A stretch of 64,000 nt of DNA from positions 128,001 to 192,000 of the forward strand of contig CAWJZV010000023.1 in NCBI GenBank assembly GCA_963847445.1, read 5' to 3'. How positions within the stretch are numbered: the stretch's first letter is position 1; each line of letters opens with the position of its first letter. Shown piece by piece: positions 18,046 to 29,600 of this stretch. The notes under the pieces were generated by a model. The model made no database searches. It was not told the DNA's origin and saw nothing but the letters and a program-made list of their open reading frames with translations. Position numbers and translations under genes: made by a program. This stretch comes from an uncultured delta proteobacterium. GTDB lineage: Bacteria; Desulfobacterota; Binatia; UBA9968.

Positions 18046-19975
18046 ATGACTCGACGGCTGGCCAAATCACAACGCAAACGATCGTCTGAGAATCATTCAC
18101 TCTCTATCGATGGGGCGGCGCAATCGCTCACCGGCCGGTTCGAACAGCAGGTGGCGCTCCATGGCGCGCGCCTCGCCCTGAAAACCCTAAATCAGGCGTT
18201 GACCTACGATCAACTGAATCGCGCGGCGAACCGATTGGGCCGTGCCATCTTCAATGAATCGCCGGCAGGCGACGAACCGATTGCGTTGCTCTTCAAACAC
18301 GGAAGCGCGCTGATCACGGCGAACCTGGCGGTGCTCAAGACCGGCCGGCCGTTTGTCCAGATCGATGACAAACTACCGCCAGCGCGGGCCGCCCGGCTGA
18401 TTGCAGACGCCGGGGCGCGCGCGATCGTCACCGACAGCGAGCACTATCGCTGCGCCCGTGAGCTTGCCGGCAGCGATGTTATCGTGGTCAATCTCGACGC
18501 GCTCAAGGACGATCTCGCCGATAGCAATCTCGGGTTAGCGATCGCGCCCAGCGCCATCGCCTATATCAACTACACTTCCGGCTCCACCGGCGAGCCCAAA
18601 GGTGTCATGTCGGACCATGGCAGCGAGTTGCATAGCATTCTGGTCAAGGCCAAAGCGTTGGCAATTACCCCGTCGGATCGCATCAGCCTGCTGCGCTCGC
18701 ACAACGTCGGCGCCACTTCCGATGCGCTGCTGGGATTGCTCAATGGCGCGGCTCTGTGTCTTTTGGAACTCAAGGAAGCGGGACTGGCCGGTTTGGCCGA
18801 CTGGCTGATCGGTGAGCAGGTCACGGTCTTCACTTGTGTCGCCAGTGTGTTTCGCCACGCCCTACGCAGCCTCGACCAGAACGTCACATTCCCTGGTGTT
18901 CGTTTGGTGCATCTCGGCGGCGAGGCGCTGTTTCAATCCGACATCGCGCTGTTCAAGCAACATTTCATCGACGGTTGCCGATTGGTCAACCGGCTTGGCA
19001 TCAGCGAGACCAAGACCGTCAGCTATTTTTTCATCGACAGGAATAGCATCGTCGAAGAACCGGTGGTGCCGGTTGGCTTTGCTCTAGACGGTTACGAAAT
19101 CGCCGTGCTCGACGAAGCGGGAAAGCCGGTGGCGCCAAACACGGTCGGTGCGATCGCGGTGAAGAGCCGCTTTCTCGCCAGCGGCTATTGGCGTCGTCCG
19201 GAGTTGACCCAAGCCAAGTTCTTAACCGATCCTGCCGGCAGCGACGCGCGCATTTTTCATTCCGGCGACCGAGGTTATTTGCGGCCGGATGGTTGTCTCG
19301 TTCATGTCGGCAGAAATGATTTACAAACCAAAGTTAGAGGCCACCGGGTCGAGCTTGCCGAAGTTGAGATCGCCTTGCTCGAGATCGCCGGCGTCGAACA
19401 AGCGGCGGTGGCGGCACGGCCAGCAGCGCGATGGCAGCGCGCGGTTATTGGCCTACGTCGTCTTGCGGGCCGGGAGCGCTCTGAACGTGAGTCAAATCCG
19501 CGGCGCGTTGCAAGAAAAATTACCCGATTACATGATTCCCGCCGCGTTTGTTCAATTGGCACGGCTGCCGATGACCAGCAGCGGCAAGATCGACCGGCGT
19601 GGGTTGCCGGAGGCGCGCCATTCGCGCGACGCCCTCGATGTTCCCTATGCCGCGCCGCAGAACCAACTGGAGACCGTCCTGGGGCGGTTTTGGTGCGAGG
19701 TCTTGCAGTTGGAGAAACTGGGCAGCGCTGACGATTTCTTCGCCCTTGGCGGCGACTCGTTACTGGCCAACGCAATTGTCGCACGGGTGAACCAACTGTT
19801 TGCCTTGACCCAGCCATTGAAAACGCTATTTGCCACGCCGACCGTGGCGCAGCTCGCGGCATGGATCACGGCGCAAGAACGTTTTCCAGGCGCAGCGGCG
19901 GAAAGCGCACGACTCATGCTCGAGATCGATGGCATGGCGCCCGAGCAGATTTACCGAGCGCTGGGCGACGATTAA
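18046..19975 (+). CDS. NRPS loading protein (A-T), frameshift near 19420
   Basis: LTYDQLN, YTSGSTGEPKG, SGDRG, GRND.Q.KVRG.RVEL.EVE, LPDYMIP, SGKIDR, T domain FFALGGDSL. Confidence 0.88.
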
Positions 19976-19979
19976 TCGA

Positions 19980-22900
19980 ATGAACATGCCTCGCCACTCG
20001 AAGCCCCACTCTGGCGCCGCGCTGGCCGCTGCCAAGCTGCGTTTACTGGCGCAGCTGCGGGATAAAAATACTGATTCAGGCGCCGGTGGCGCGAGCGCAA
20101 TCACGCCGCGTCCCCGCGGCGCAGCCGTGCCGCTGTCATTCGCTCAGGAGCGCTTGTGGTTTTTGCAGCAGTGGGAGCCGGCCAGTGCGGTTTACAACGT
20201 CGCCCGTGCTTGGCGTCTCAAGGGGGCGCTCGACGTTGCGCTGCTTGACCGTTGCGTGCAGCGTATCGTACAGCGCCATGAAGTTCTGCGCACGGTGTTG
20301 ACCAACGAGAGCGATGGGCCGATGCAGCGGCTCTTGCCGTTGACCGCGCCAGCGCTGCAAATGATAGATTTACGCCACATCGCGCGTCATCGCCGTGACG
20401 AGGAAATCCGCCTGCGGGTTGGCGCCGAAGCCGGCCATTGTTTCAATCTTGCCGCCGAAGCGCTACTGCGCGTTACCCTGCTCCGACTCGATCGCCAAGA
20501 GCATGTTTTCGTTTTTGTCGCGCACCAGGCGGTGTGCGATGGCCGCTCGCTCGATCTGTTTTACCGTGAACTCGAAGCGCTTTACGCCAACGGCGGCGCA
20601 GCCGAAGCCGCGGCCCTCGCCGAGTTGCCGCTGCAGTATGGCGATTATGCGCTTTGGCAGCGCCGGGCGTTCGACGATGCAGCCATGGCGGCGCCACTGG
20701 CCTATTGGAAAAAACAGTTGGGCGGCGTGTTGCCGGTTCTCGATCTGCCGGCGGATAAGCCGCGGGCGGCAGCCGGGAGCTTAAAAGGCGCGCGGCAGAA
20801 AATCATACTCGACCAAGCGCTCACCGCCGGGCTCAAAAAACTTAGCGCCAGGGCATCGAATACGCTGTTCGTCACCTTGATGGCGGCGTTTAACGTCCTG
20901 CTCTGGCGCTATACGCGGCAGGACGATCTCGTTGTTGGTTTCCCGGTGGCCAATCGCGGCCATCCGGCGCTGGAGAATCTCATCGGCTCGTTCGTCAATA
21001 CCCTGGCGCTGCGCAGCGATCTCGCCGGCGATCCGACATTTACCCAACTGCTGGCAAGGCTGCGCGCTAACTTGCAAGAGGCGCTGGCGCATCAGGAGTT
21101 GCCGTTCGAGCGGCTGGTCGATGAGTTGAAGCAAACGCGCGATGCCAACCGCACGGCGATTTTTCAGGCGCTGTTCACGTTTCAAAACCAGTTGCCCGCC
21201 GAGTTGAGCTTGCCTGGCATTCGCAGCGAGGCCATCGACTGCGACAGCGGCGGGGCCAAATACGATCTCAGCCTGGCGTTGGGCGAACGCGACGGCCGGC
21301 TCAGCGGCTTTTTTGAATATCGCAGATCACTATTCGCCGACGACACCATCGCACGCATGCTGCAACATTTCCTCACGCTGCTGAAAGCGATCGTCGCCGA
21401 CCCGGACCGGCCGATCGCGCGTCTGCCGATGATGAATCAACGGCAGCGCCGCCTTTTGCTGGTAGAGTGGAACCAGACGCGCGCGGTTCTACCCAAGGCT
21501 TGTGTGCATCAACTGTTCGAACGCCAAGCGCGGCGCACGCCGAGCGCGCTGGCGCTTGAGTGCGGCCCGGAGCGTTTGACCTACGGCCGACTGAATCGGC
21601 GCGCCAACCGCGTGGCGCGCTATTTAACAAAACTTGGCGTCGGGCGAAACTGCGTCGTCGCCGTATGCCTGGAGCGCTCGGTCGATATGGTCGTTGCCCT
21701 GCTCGCCGTGCTCAAAGCCGGCGCGGCCTATTTACCCCTCGACCCGGAATATCCGAGAGAACGGCTGGATTTTATTTTAGACGACGCCCAGGTGTCGGTG
21801 CTGATTAGCCAGAAGAGTATCGCCGACGATCGAGGATGGAGCATGGATGATAGCGATCCTCGATCCTCAATCCTCCATCCTCGACCCCATCTCATATTAT
21901 TAGATCGTGAGCGACGAAAGATTGAAACCCATAGCAGCGAGAATATTAGGAGCGGGTCTTCACCGCGCGATCTCGCCTACGTAATTTACACTTCGGGATC
22001 GACCGGCCATCCTAAAGGCGTCGAGATCGAACAGCGCTCGTGGGTCAATTGCCTGCTGTCAATGCAGCGCCATCTGAAGATCGCCAAAGCCGATGTCTGG
22101 CTGGCGGTGACGACCGTTTCTTTTGACATCGCCGCGGCGGAAATCTTTCTGCCGTTGATCACCGGCGGGAAATTAGTGGTCGCCAGCCCTGACGAGGCGC
22201 GCGATGGCGAGCGTTTGGCGCAACGATTGAAGAGTTCCGGCGCGACGACGATGCAGGCGACGCCGTCGACTTGGCGTCTGCTGCTCGAAGCCGGCTGGCA
22301 TGGCGATGGCGAGTTCAAGATACTCTGCGGCGGCGAGGCGTTGCCGCGCGCTTTGGCTGATCGCTTGTTGGCTTGCGGCCGGCTGTGGAATCTCTATGGC
22401 CCCACCGAAACAACCATCTGGTCGGCGCTGCATCGCGTCGAGGCTGTCGGCGATACCGTTCCCATCGGCCGGCCCCTGGCGAATACCCAGCTCTATATTC
22501 TTGACGGCGTTAGGCAGCCGGTGCCGATCGGCGTGGTTGGCGAGCTTTACATCGGCGGCGCCGGCGTGGCGCGCGGCTATTTGAATCGGCCGGACTTGAC
22601 CGCGGAACGCTTTATCGCGAATCCCTTTAGCCGTGAACCCGGTGCACGGATTTATCGCACTGGAGACCTGGCTCGGTATCAGATCGACGGCACCGTGGAG
22701 TTCCTTGGCCGCACCGACAACCAGGTGAAGCTGCGCGGTTACCGCATCGAATTGGCCGAGATTGAGAGCGTTCTCCGACTCCATCCAGCGGTGCGGGATG
22801 CGGCAGTCGTCGCCGGGGCCACCGGCGGCGAGGGCGAGAGTGAGTTGGTCGCCTACTTGGTGCCCCGAGACGGCGTGACGTTGGCGGAAAATCAATTGCG

Positions 22901-25900
22901 TGGCTACCTGAGCGGTAAGTTGCCCAACTGCATGGTGCCGGCTGTTTTCATCTCTTTACCAGCCTTGCCGCTGACGCCCAACGGCAAAGTCGACCGCCGG
23001 GCATTGCCTGCTCCGGATGGACCGCGAACCAGCGCGGCACGTGAGATTATCGAGCCGCGCGACGAGATCGAAGAGCTGGTGGCGCAGGTGTGGCGCGAGG
23101 TGTTGAAACTCGACCGGCTCGGCGTGCAGGAAAACTTTTTCCAGCTCGGCGGCCACTCGCTGCTCGCGACCCGCGTGGTGGCGCGCTTGCGTGGCCACTT
23201 TAACGTCGATCTGGCGCTGCGGAAAATCTTTGAACGGCCCACCGTCGCCGGGCTCGCCGAGGAAATTGCCATATTGCGCCGTAATCAGAGCGGGACCGGC
23301 GTGATGCCGATGATGCGAATCGCGCGTGGCGGCAAATTGCCGCTGTCATTTTCCCAGCGCCGTTTGTGGTTCTTGCAAAAACTTGACGGCGATCTCGCTG
23401 CTTACCATATACCGGCGCTATTTCGCATCGACGGCGCTGCTCGATGGTGCGGCGTTGGCGCAGGCGTTGAATCTGGTCACTGCGCGCCACGAGGCGCTGC
23501 GCACCGCCATTAGAGAAGTTGGCGGCGAACCCTGCCAGGAAATTGTCGCGCAGTTAACGATTGCGCTGCCGATCACCGATTTGTCCGGTTTGCCGAATGA
23601 CCAAGCTGGAATCGGAATGGCGTCGGCTGGCAAACCTGGTTCACCTTACGCCCTATGATTTGGCGCGGGCGCCGCTGTGGCGCGCCCAGTTAGTCAAGTT
23701 GGCCGAGCAGGAGCATCTGCTGATCTTGAATTTCCATCACATCATCGCCGATGGCGCTTCGCTGGCGATCTTTTATCGCGAACTTGCATCAAGCTATGAG
23801 GCCTATCGCCGCAAGGAGGTCGCGTCTTTCGCGCCATTGCCGTTGTCCTATGCCGACTACGCCGGTTGGCAGCAGCAGTGGCTAGCCTCACCGGCCTGTG
23901 CTGCCGAGCTGGATTACTGGAAGCGTAATCTCGCCGGTTTGTCGGCGCCGGCATCGATGCCGACGGATTTTCCCCGTCCGGCGGCGCGCAGCTACCGCGG
24001 CGCCAGATCGGTACGGCGCCTGCCTGTGGAACTCAGTGCGGCGCTGAACCGTTTCACCCGCCAACAGGGCGTGACCTCGTTCATGACTTTGCTTGCGGCG
24101 TTCAGCGTTTTGCTTGCGCGGATCGGCGGCCAGACGGATGTTGTTATTGGCTCCACCGTCGCTGGCCGCAACCATGCGGCGATGGAAGGGGTGATCGGTT
24201 TCTTTATCAACGTCCTGCCGCTTCGGCTTCAACTTGGCGACAATCCGACTTTCATTGGCTTGCTGCGCCGAGTTCGCGAAGTTTGCTTGGACGCGTACAG
24301 CAATCAGGAGTTGCCCTTCGAGAAATTGGTCGAAGAGATCAATCCGGCGCGCGCTCCCAGCCGCAATCCGCTGTTCGATATTCTCTTCAATGTCGCCGAC
24401 CTGTCGGAGCGCAAGTTTTCGCTGGCTGGCTGCAAGATCGACAAGATCATGGCAAGCGCCCCCAGCGCCAAATTCGACTTGGTGCTGTCGGCGCCGGAAA
24501 TCGCCGGCAGCGTGGAACTCACGGTGGATTACAATGTCGAACTTTACCGCCCGGAGCGGATCGCTGCCGTGCTCGAACAATTCGAACTGATCCTCGCGCA
24601 AGCGCTGCGCTGTCCTGAGCTGGCGATTGAGGAACTTTCACTAGTTGGCGAAACGGCGCGAGGGTTGCTGCCCGATCCGACGGCGCTACTCGATGACCGC
24701 TGGGAGGGGGCGATCCATGAACTGGTCGCCGCGCAAGCGCGCCATGCGCCGGCAAAAACTGCGCTAGTTCAGGGCGGTGAGAGTTGGAGCTACGCCGAGC
24801 TTGATCAGGCCGCCGGACGGTTTAGCGGCGCGCTCAGGGCCGGCGGCGTGAATGCCGAAGGACGTGGTGGCGATCTACGCTGCGCGCGATGCGTCGTTGG
24901 TCGTGGCCCTGTTGGGAATCCTGCAAACCGGCGCAAGCTTTTTGATTCTCGATCCGGCGTACCCGGCGGCACGCACAATAGATTACCTGAAAATCGCTCG
25001 GCCTAGGGCTTGGATCAAACTCGGCGGTCGCGGGCGAACTCGCGGTGGAATTGGCCGACTGTCTCAAAGCGTTGGACGTCTAAGTTTCACATGACTCTTG
25101 CGCGCGGCAAAGCCGCGATTGCCGCAGCGCTGACGCATAGCGAGAACGGCCGTATCTCAGTGCCGGTAGCGGCGCAGGATCCAGCCTATATCGCCTTTAC
25201 ATCCGGCTCCAGCGGAGAACCCAAAGCCGTTCTCTGCGGTCATGGGCCGATGACGCATTTTTTGCCCTGGCAGCGGGACGCTTTCGAGTTGCGCGGGAGC
25301 GATCGCTTCGCCATGCTCTCCGGCCTGGCCTACAGTCATCTGCATCGCGACCTGTTTACCGCGCTGGCGCTCGGCGCGACGCTTTACATTCCTGACGATC
25401 GCACCGCCCGGGCGCCGGACTTACTGGCAAACTGGTTGGACGATAATCGCATCACGGTTCTGCATCTCACGCCGGCGTTAGGACAGTTGCTTTTAGCCGG
25501 CGGCCAGTGCTCGTTGCCGGCGGTGCGCCGGATTTTTTTCGGCGGCGATGTCTTGACCAGCGAAGAGGTGCGGCGCATGCATCGCTTGGCGCCAAAGGCG
25601 GTGATCGGCAGTTTTTACGGCGCCACCGAGAGCCAGCGCGCCGTCGGCTATTACGAGATTGGCGGCGAGTTGCTCGACGCCGCTGACCATTCATCGCGGC
25701 CGGTGCCGTTGGGGCGCGGTATCAAGGATGTGCAGCTACTGGTTCTGAACAAGCGCCGGCAGCTTTGCGGCATCGGCGAGTTGGGCGAACTTTATGTGCG
25801 CAGCCCGCATTTGGCGTTGGGCTATGTCAACGACGACCAGCGCAGCGCGGAAATGTTTATCGTCAATCCATTCACCGGAAACGGACGTGACCGGCTCTAT

Positions 25901-26626
25901 CGTACCGGCGAACTCGGCCGCTATCGGCCCGACGGCAACGTCGACTGGGCCGGCCGTTCCGACCGGCGCGTCAACATCCGTGGCTTCCGCGTCGAGCTGG
26001 CGGAAGTCGAAACGGCGCTCAAACAACATTCGACGGTGCTCGACGCAGTGGTGATCGCAAGAGACTTCCCAACTCCTGAATCCGACAATCCAAAACCAAA
26101 AAGCGGCCCCGCGGACCAAAATCCAAAATTCGATAAGCGGTTAGTCGCTTACGTCGTCGCCAGCGAAGCAGGGGAAAGCGAGATCGAGGTTTTACGTTCC
26201 TATCTTGCCGCCAAGCTGCCGGACTACATGGTGCCGGGTTATTTCGTCCTTCTCGACCGGCTGCCCCTGGGGCCCAATGGCAAGCTCGACCACGATGCGT
26301 TGCCGCCTGTGATGCAATCCTGCGCCGAGTCGAGCACTGCGGCGCTCGCGCCGCGTTCTGAGGTCGAAGCCAAGTTGTGCGAGATATTTTCCGAGGTATT
26401 GGGCCGGGAGCGGATTGGCGTCGACGATAATTTCTTTCGCCTCGGCGGCCATTCTTTGCTCGCCGCGCAAGTCGCGCTGCGGATTAAAAATGGCTTCGGC
26501 GTCGGCCTCGAGTTGCGCGCCTTTCTGGCGGCGCCGACGGTGGCGGCGTTGGCGCGCTCGCTAGGCAATTTGACTGTTAACCCGGTGCCGGCTGGCGGCG
26601 GCGAGCGCGAGGAGATCGAGCTATAG
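19980..26626 (+). CDS. NRPS, C-A-T-C-A-T, frameshifts near 23435, 23600, 24850 and 25030-25070
   Basis: LSFAQERLWF, HQAVCDG, FDIAAAE, YGPTE, GGHSL; LSFSQRRLWF, HHIIADG, FTSGSSGEPK, YGATESQRAV, GGHSL; C-terminal EREEIEL docking motif. Confidence 0.9.
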
Positions 26627-29600
26627 ATACCGGGAACTTTATCGCGCAGTTGCGTGCGCTCGATATCGCGATATGCGCCGATGGCGATAAGTTGCGCATC
26701 AACGCGCCCAAGGGCGCGCTGACCGGTGAGCTGCGCGCAGCCATCGCCGCCGGTAAAGCCGAACTGCTGGCGATGCTTCGCGCCGGCGCTGCGATCGCGG
26801 CGCGCTCCATTGCGCCTCGCGGGATCGGCGAGGGCGCGCCTTTGTCTTTGGCCCAAGAGCGCCTGTGGTTCTTGGCGCAACTGGCGCCGGAAAGTTCCGT
26901 TTACAACTTATGTCGCGGGTTCCGCCTACGCGGTCCGCTCCATCGCCAGGCTCTCGCCGCGAGTCTCGACGAGATAGTCCGGCGTCATGAAGTGCTGCGT
27001 TCGAAGTTTTGCACGATCGATGGCAGACCGATGCAAGTTCCGGTTGCCGGCGCCGGGAGGTTGCTGCGGGTAACAGATCTGCGCCGGCTGTCCGGCATCC
27101 GACGTGAGAATGATCTGCGCCGGCGCATTATGCTGGAAGCGGAAACTCCATTCGATCTGGCGGTGGGGCGACTGCTGCGCGCGCGCTTACTGCAAGTCGA
27201 CGACGCCGAGCATGTTTTGCTTCTAACCACCCATCACCTTGTCGCCGATGCTTGGTCCATGGGCATTCTCGTCGGCGAACTTTGGCAGCTTTACCGCGCC
27301 TTCGTCGCCGGACAAGCGTCACCCTTGGCCGAATTGCCGATTCAATATGGCGACTTTGCCATTTGGCAGCGCCGCCGTATGGAGACGGCGCCGCTTCAGG
27401 AACAGCTTCGGTACTGGCGTAAACAGTTGGATGGCGTGGCAGCCCTCGATCTGCCCACCGACCGGTCCCGGCCGGTGCGGCAAAGTTTTCGCGGCCGACG
27501 CTACCCGTTGAATTTTTCACCATCGTTAACGGCGTCGCTCAATCGCTTGGCTGCGCAGGAGAACGCGACGCCGTTCATGGTGCTGTTGGCGTCGTTTCAG
27601 CTCCTGCTGCATCGTTACTCGGGCCAGGACGATATCGTTGTCGGTTCGGCGGTTAGCGATCGGCCGTGCGCCGAATGCGAGGGGCTGATAGGTTTTTTCG
27701 TCAACACTTTGATTCTGCGCGGTGATCTGAGCGGCCAGCCGAGCTTTCGCGACTATTTGCGGCGGCTGCGCGAAGTATGTCTCGATGCTTACGCGCACCA
27801 GGATATCCCGTTTGAGAAACTGGTCGAAGAATTCAAGCCGCGCCGGGAGTTCCATCGCCAGCCGTTGTTTCAAGCTTTCTTTGTTTTGCAGAACACGCCG
27901 AATCGTTGGGTGGTGCCGGATGGAATCGATGTCGAGCCACTGGAAGTGGAGAACGCCACGGCGCAGTACGATCTGTCGCTTTACCTGCGCGAGCGCGGCG
28001 GCCGGCTGCTCGGTTATTTCGAGTACGCCAGCGATCTGTTCGACGCCGCGACCATCGAGCGCCTGGCTGGACATTTTGAAATTCTCTTGACCGACATCGC
28101 CGCCAATCCTGCTCAAACCATCGCTTCCTTGGCCATGCTCAGTGAAAACGAGCGGCGGCGGATGTTAGTCGAATGGAACGACAGTGCGGCGGCTTATCCG
28201 AGCCAAAGCTGCATTCACGAGCTGTTCGAGGCCCAAGTCGCGCGCACGCCGGACGGCGTTGCCATAGAGTTCCAATCGTCAACGTTGACCTTCGCCGAAC
28301 TCAATCGGCGTGCCAACAGGGTGGCGCATTTTTTACGCGGTCGTGGCGTTGGCGCCGACGGGCGCGTCGGGCTTGCTGGTTGCGCGTTCGCTCGAGATGA
28401 TTGTTGGCCTGCTCGGGATTCTCAAGGCCGGCGCTGCTTATGTGCCGCTCGACCCCAGTTATCCGGCGGCACGTTTGGATTTCATGGTCGTCGACGCTGA
28501 GATCGAACTTTTGCTCACCCAGCGAAAGCTCGCCGGCACAATTTCCCCGGCAGATATTTCGCTGGTTTGTCTCGACGATGCCGATCTATTCGCCGGCCAG
28601 AGTCACGAGAATCCCACGGGACTGTCCAGCGCGGCAAGCGCCGCTTATGTCATCTACACTTCAGGTTCCACTGGGTTTCCTAAAGGCGTGGTCGGGCTTC
28701 ATCGCGGCGCGGTGAATCGTTGCGCCTGGATGTGGCGGCGTTATCCGTTTCGCCGCGGCGAAGTTTGTTGCAGCAAGACTTCGTTGAGCTTTCGTCGATT
28801 CGGTGTGGGAAATCTTTGGACCACTGCTGCAAGGTTTTCCTCTGGCGATCGCCGACGATGACACGGCCCATGATCCGCATGCGCTGATCGAGTTTCTTGC
28901 CCATCGGCGGGTGAGCCGGATTGTCTTGGTGCCATCGCTGCTAAAGGCCTTTCTTGATGATGGCGCCGACCTGGCGGTTAAGTTGCCGCGGCTAAAACTA
29001 TGGACCAGCAGCGGCGAGACGCTGACCGTCGAACTTGCACAACGGTTTCGCAAAAATCTTCCTGGGGCGCTTTTGCTCAATCTCTACGGTTCCTCGGAAG
29101 TCGCCGCCGACGCAAGCTATTTTGAATATGACGGTGGGGCTTCAGGGAAGACGGTGGCGATTGGCCGGCCGATCTCGAACAGCATGGTTTATCTTCTGGA
29201 TGCGCAGCGCCGGCCCGTGCCGGTCGGCGTCATCGGCGAACTGTATGTCGGCGGTGACGGCTTGGCGCGGGGCTATTGGCGCCGGCCGGAACTGACCGCG
29301 GAAAAATTCGTCGTCAATCCCTTCAGCGCCGATCCGGGCTCCCGGCTGTTTCGCACCGGCGACTTGGCGCGTTACCGCGCCGATGGCAATCTCGAGTATC
29401 TTGGCCGCGCCGATAACCAAATCAAAATCGCCGGCCAGCGCGTTGAACTGAGCGAGATCGAAGCTGCGCTGCGCAGGCATCCAAGGATCGACGACTGCGT
29501 TGTGAACTTGGCGGACCATGACAACGGCGCGATCGGAAATGCGCCATTGGCGAATTCCTTGGTGGCGTACCTTGTATCACCAACGCCGCCGACCGACCGC

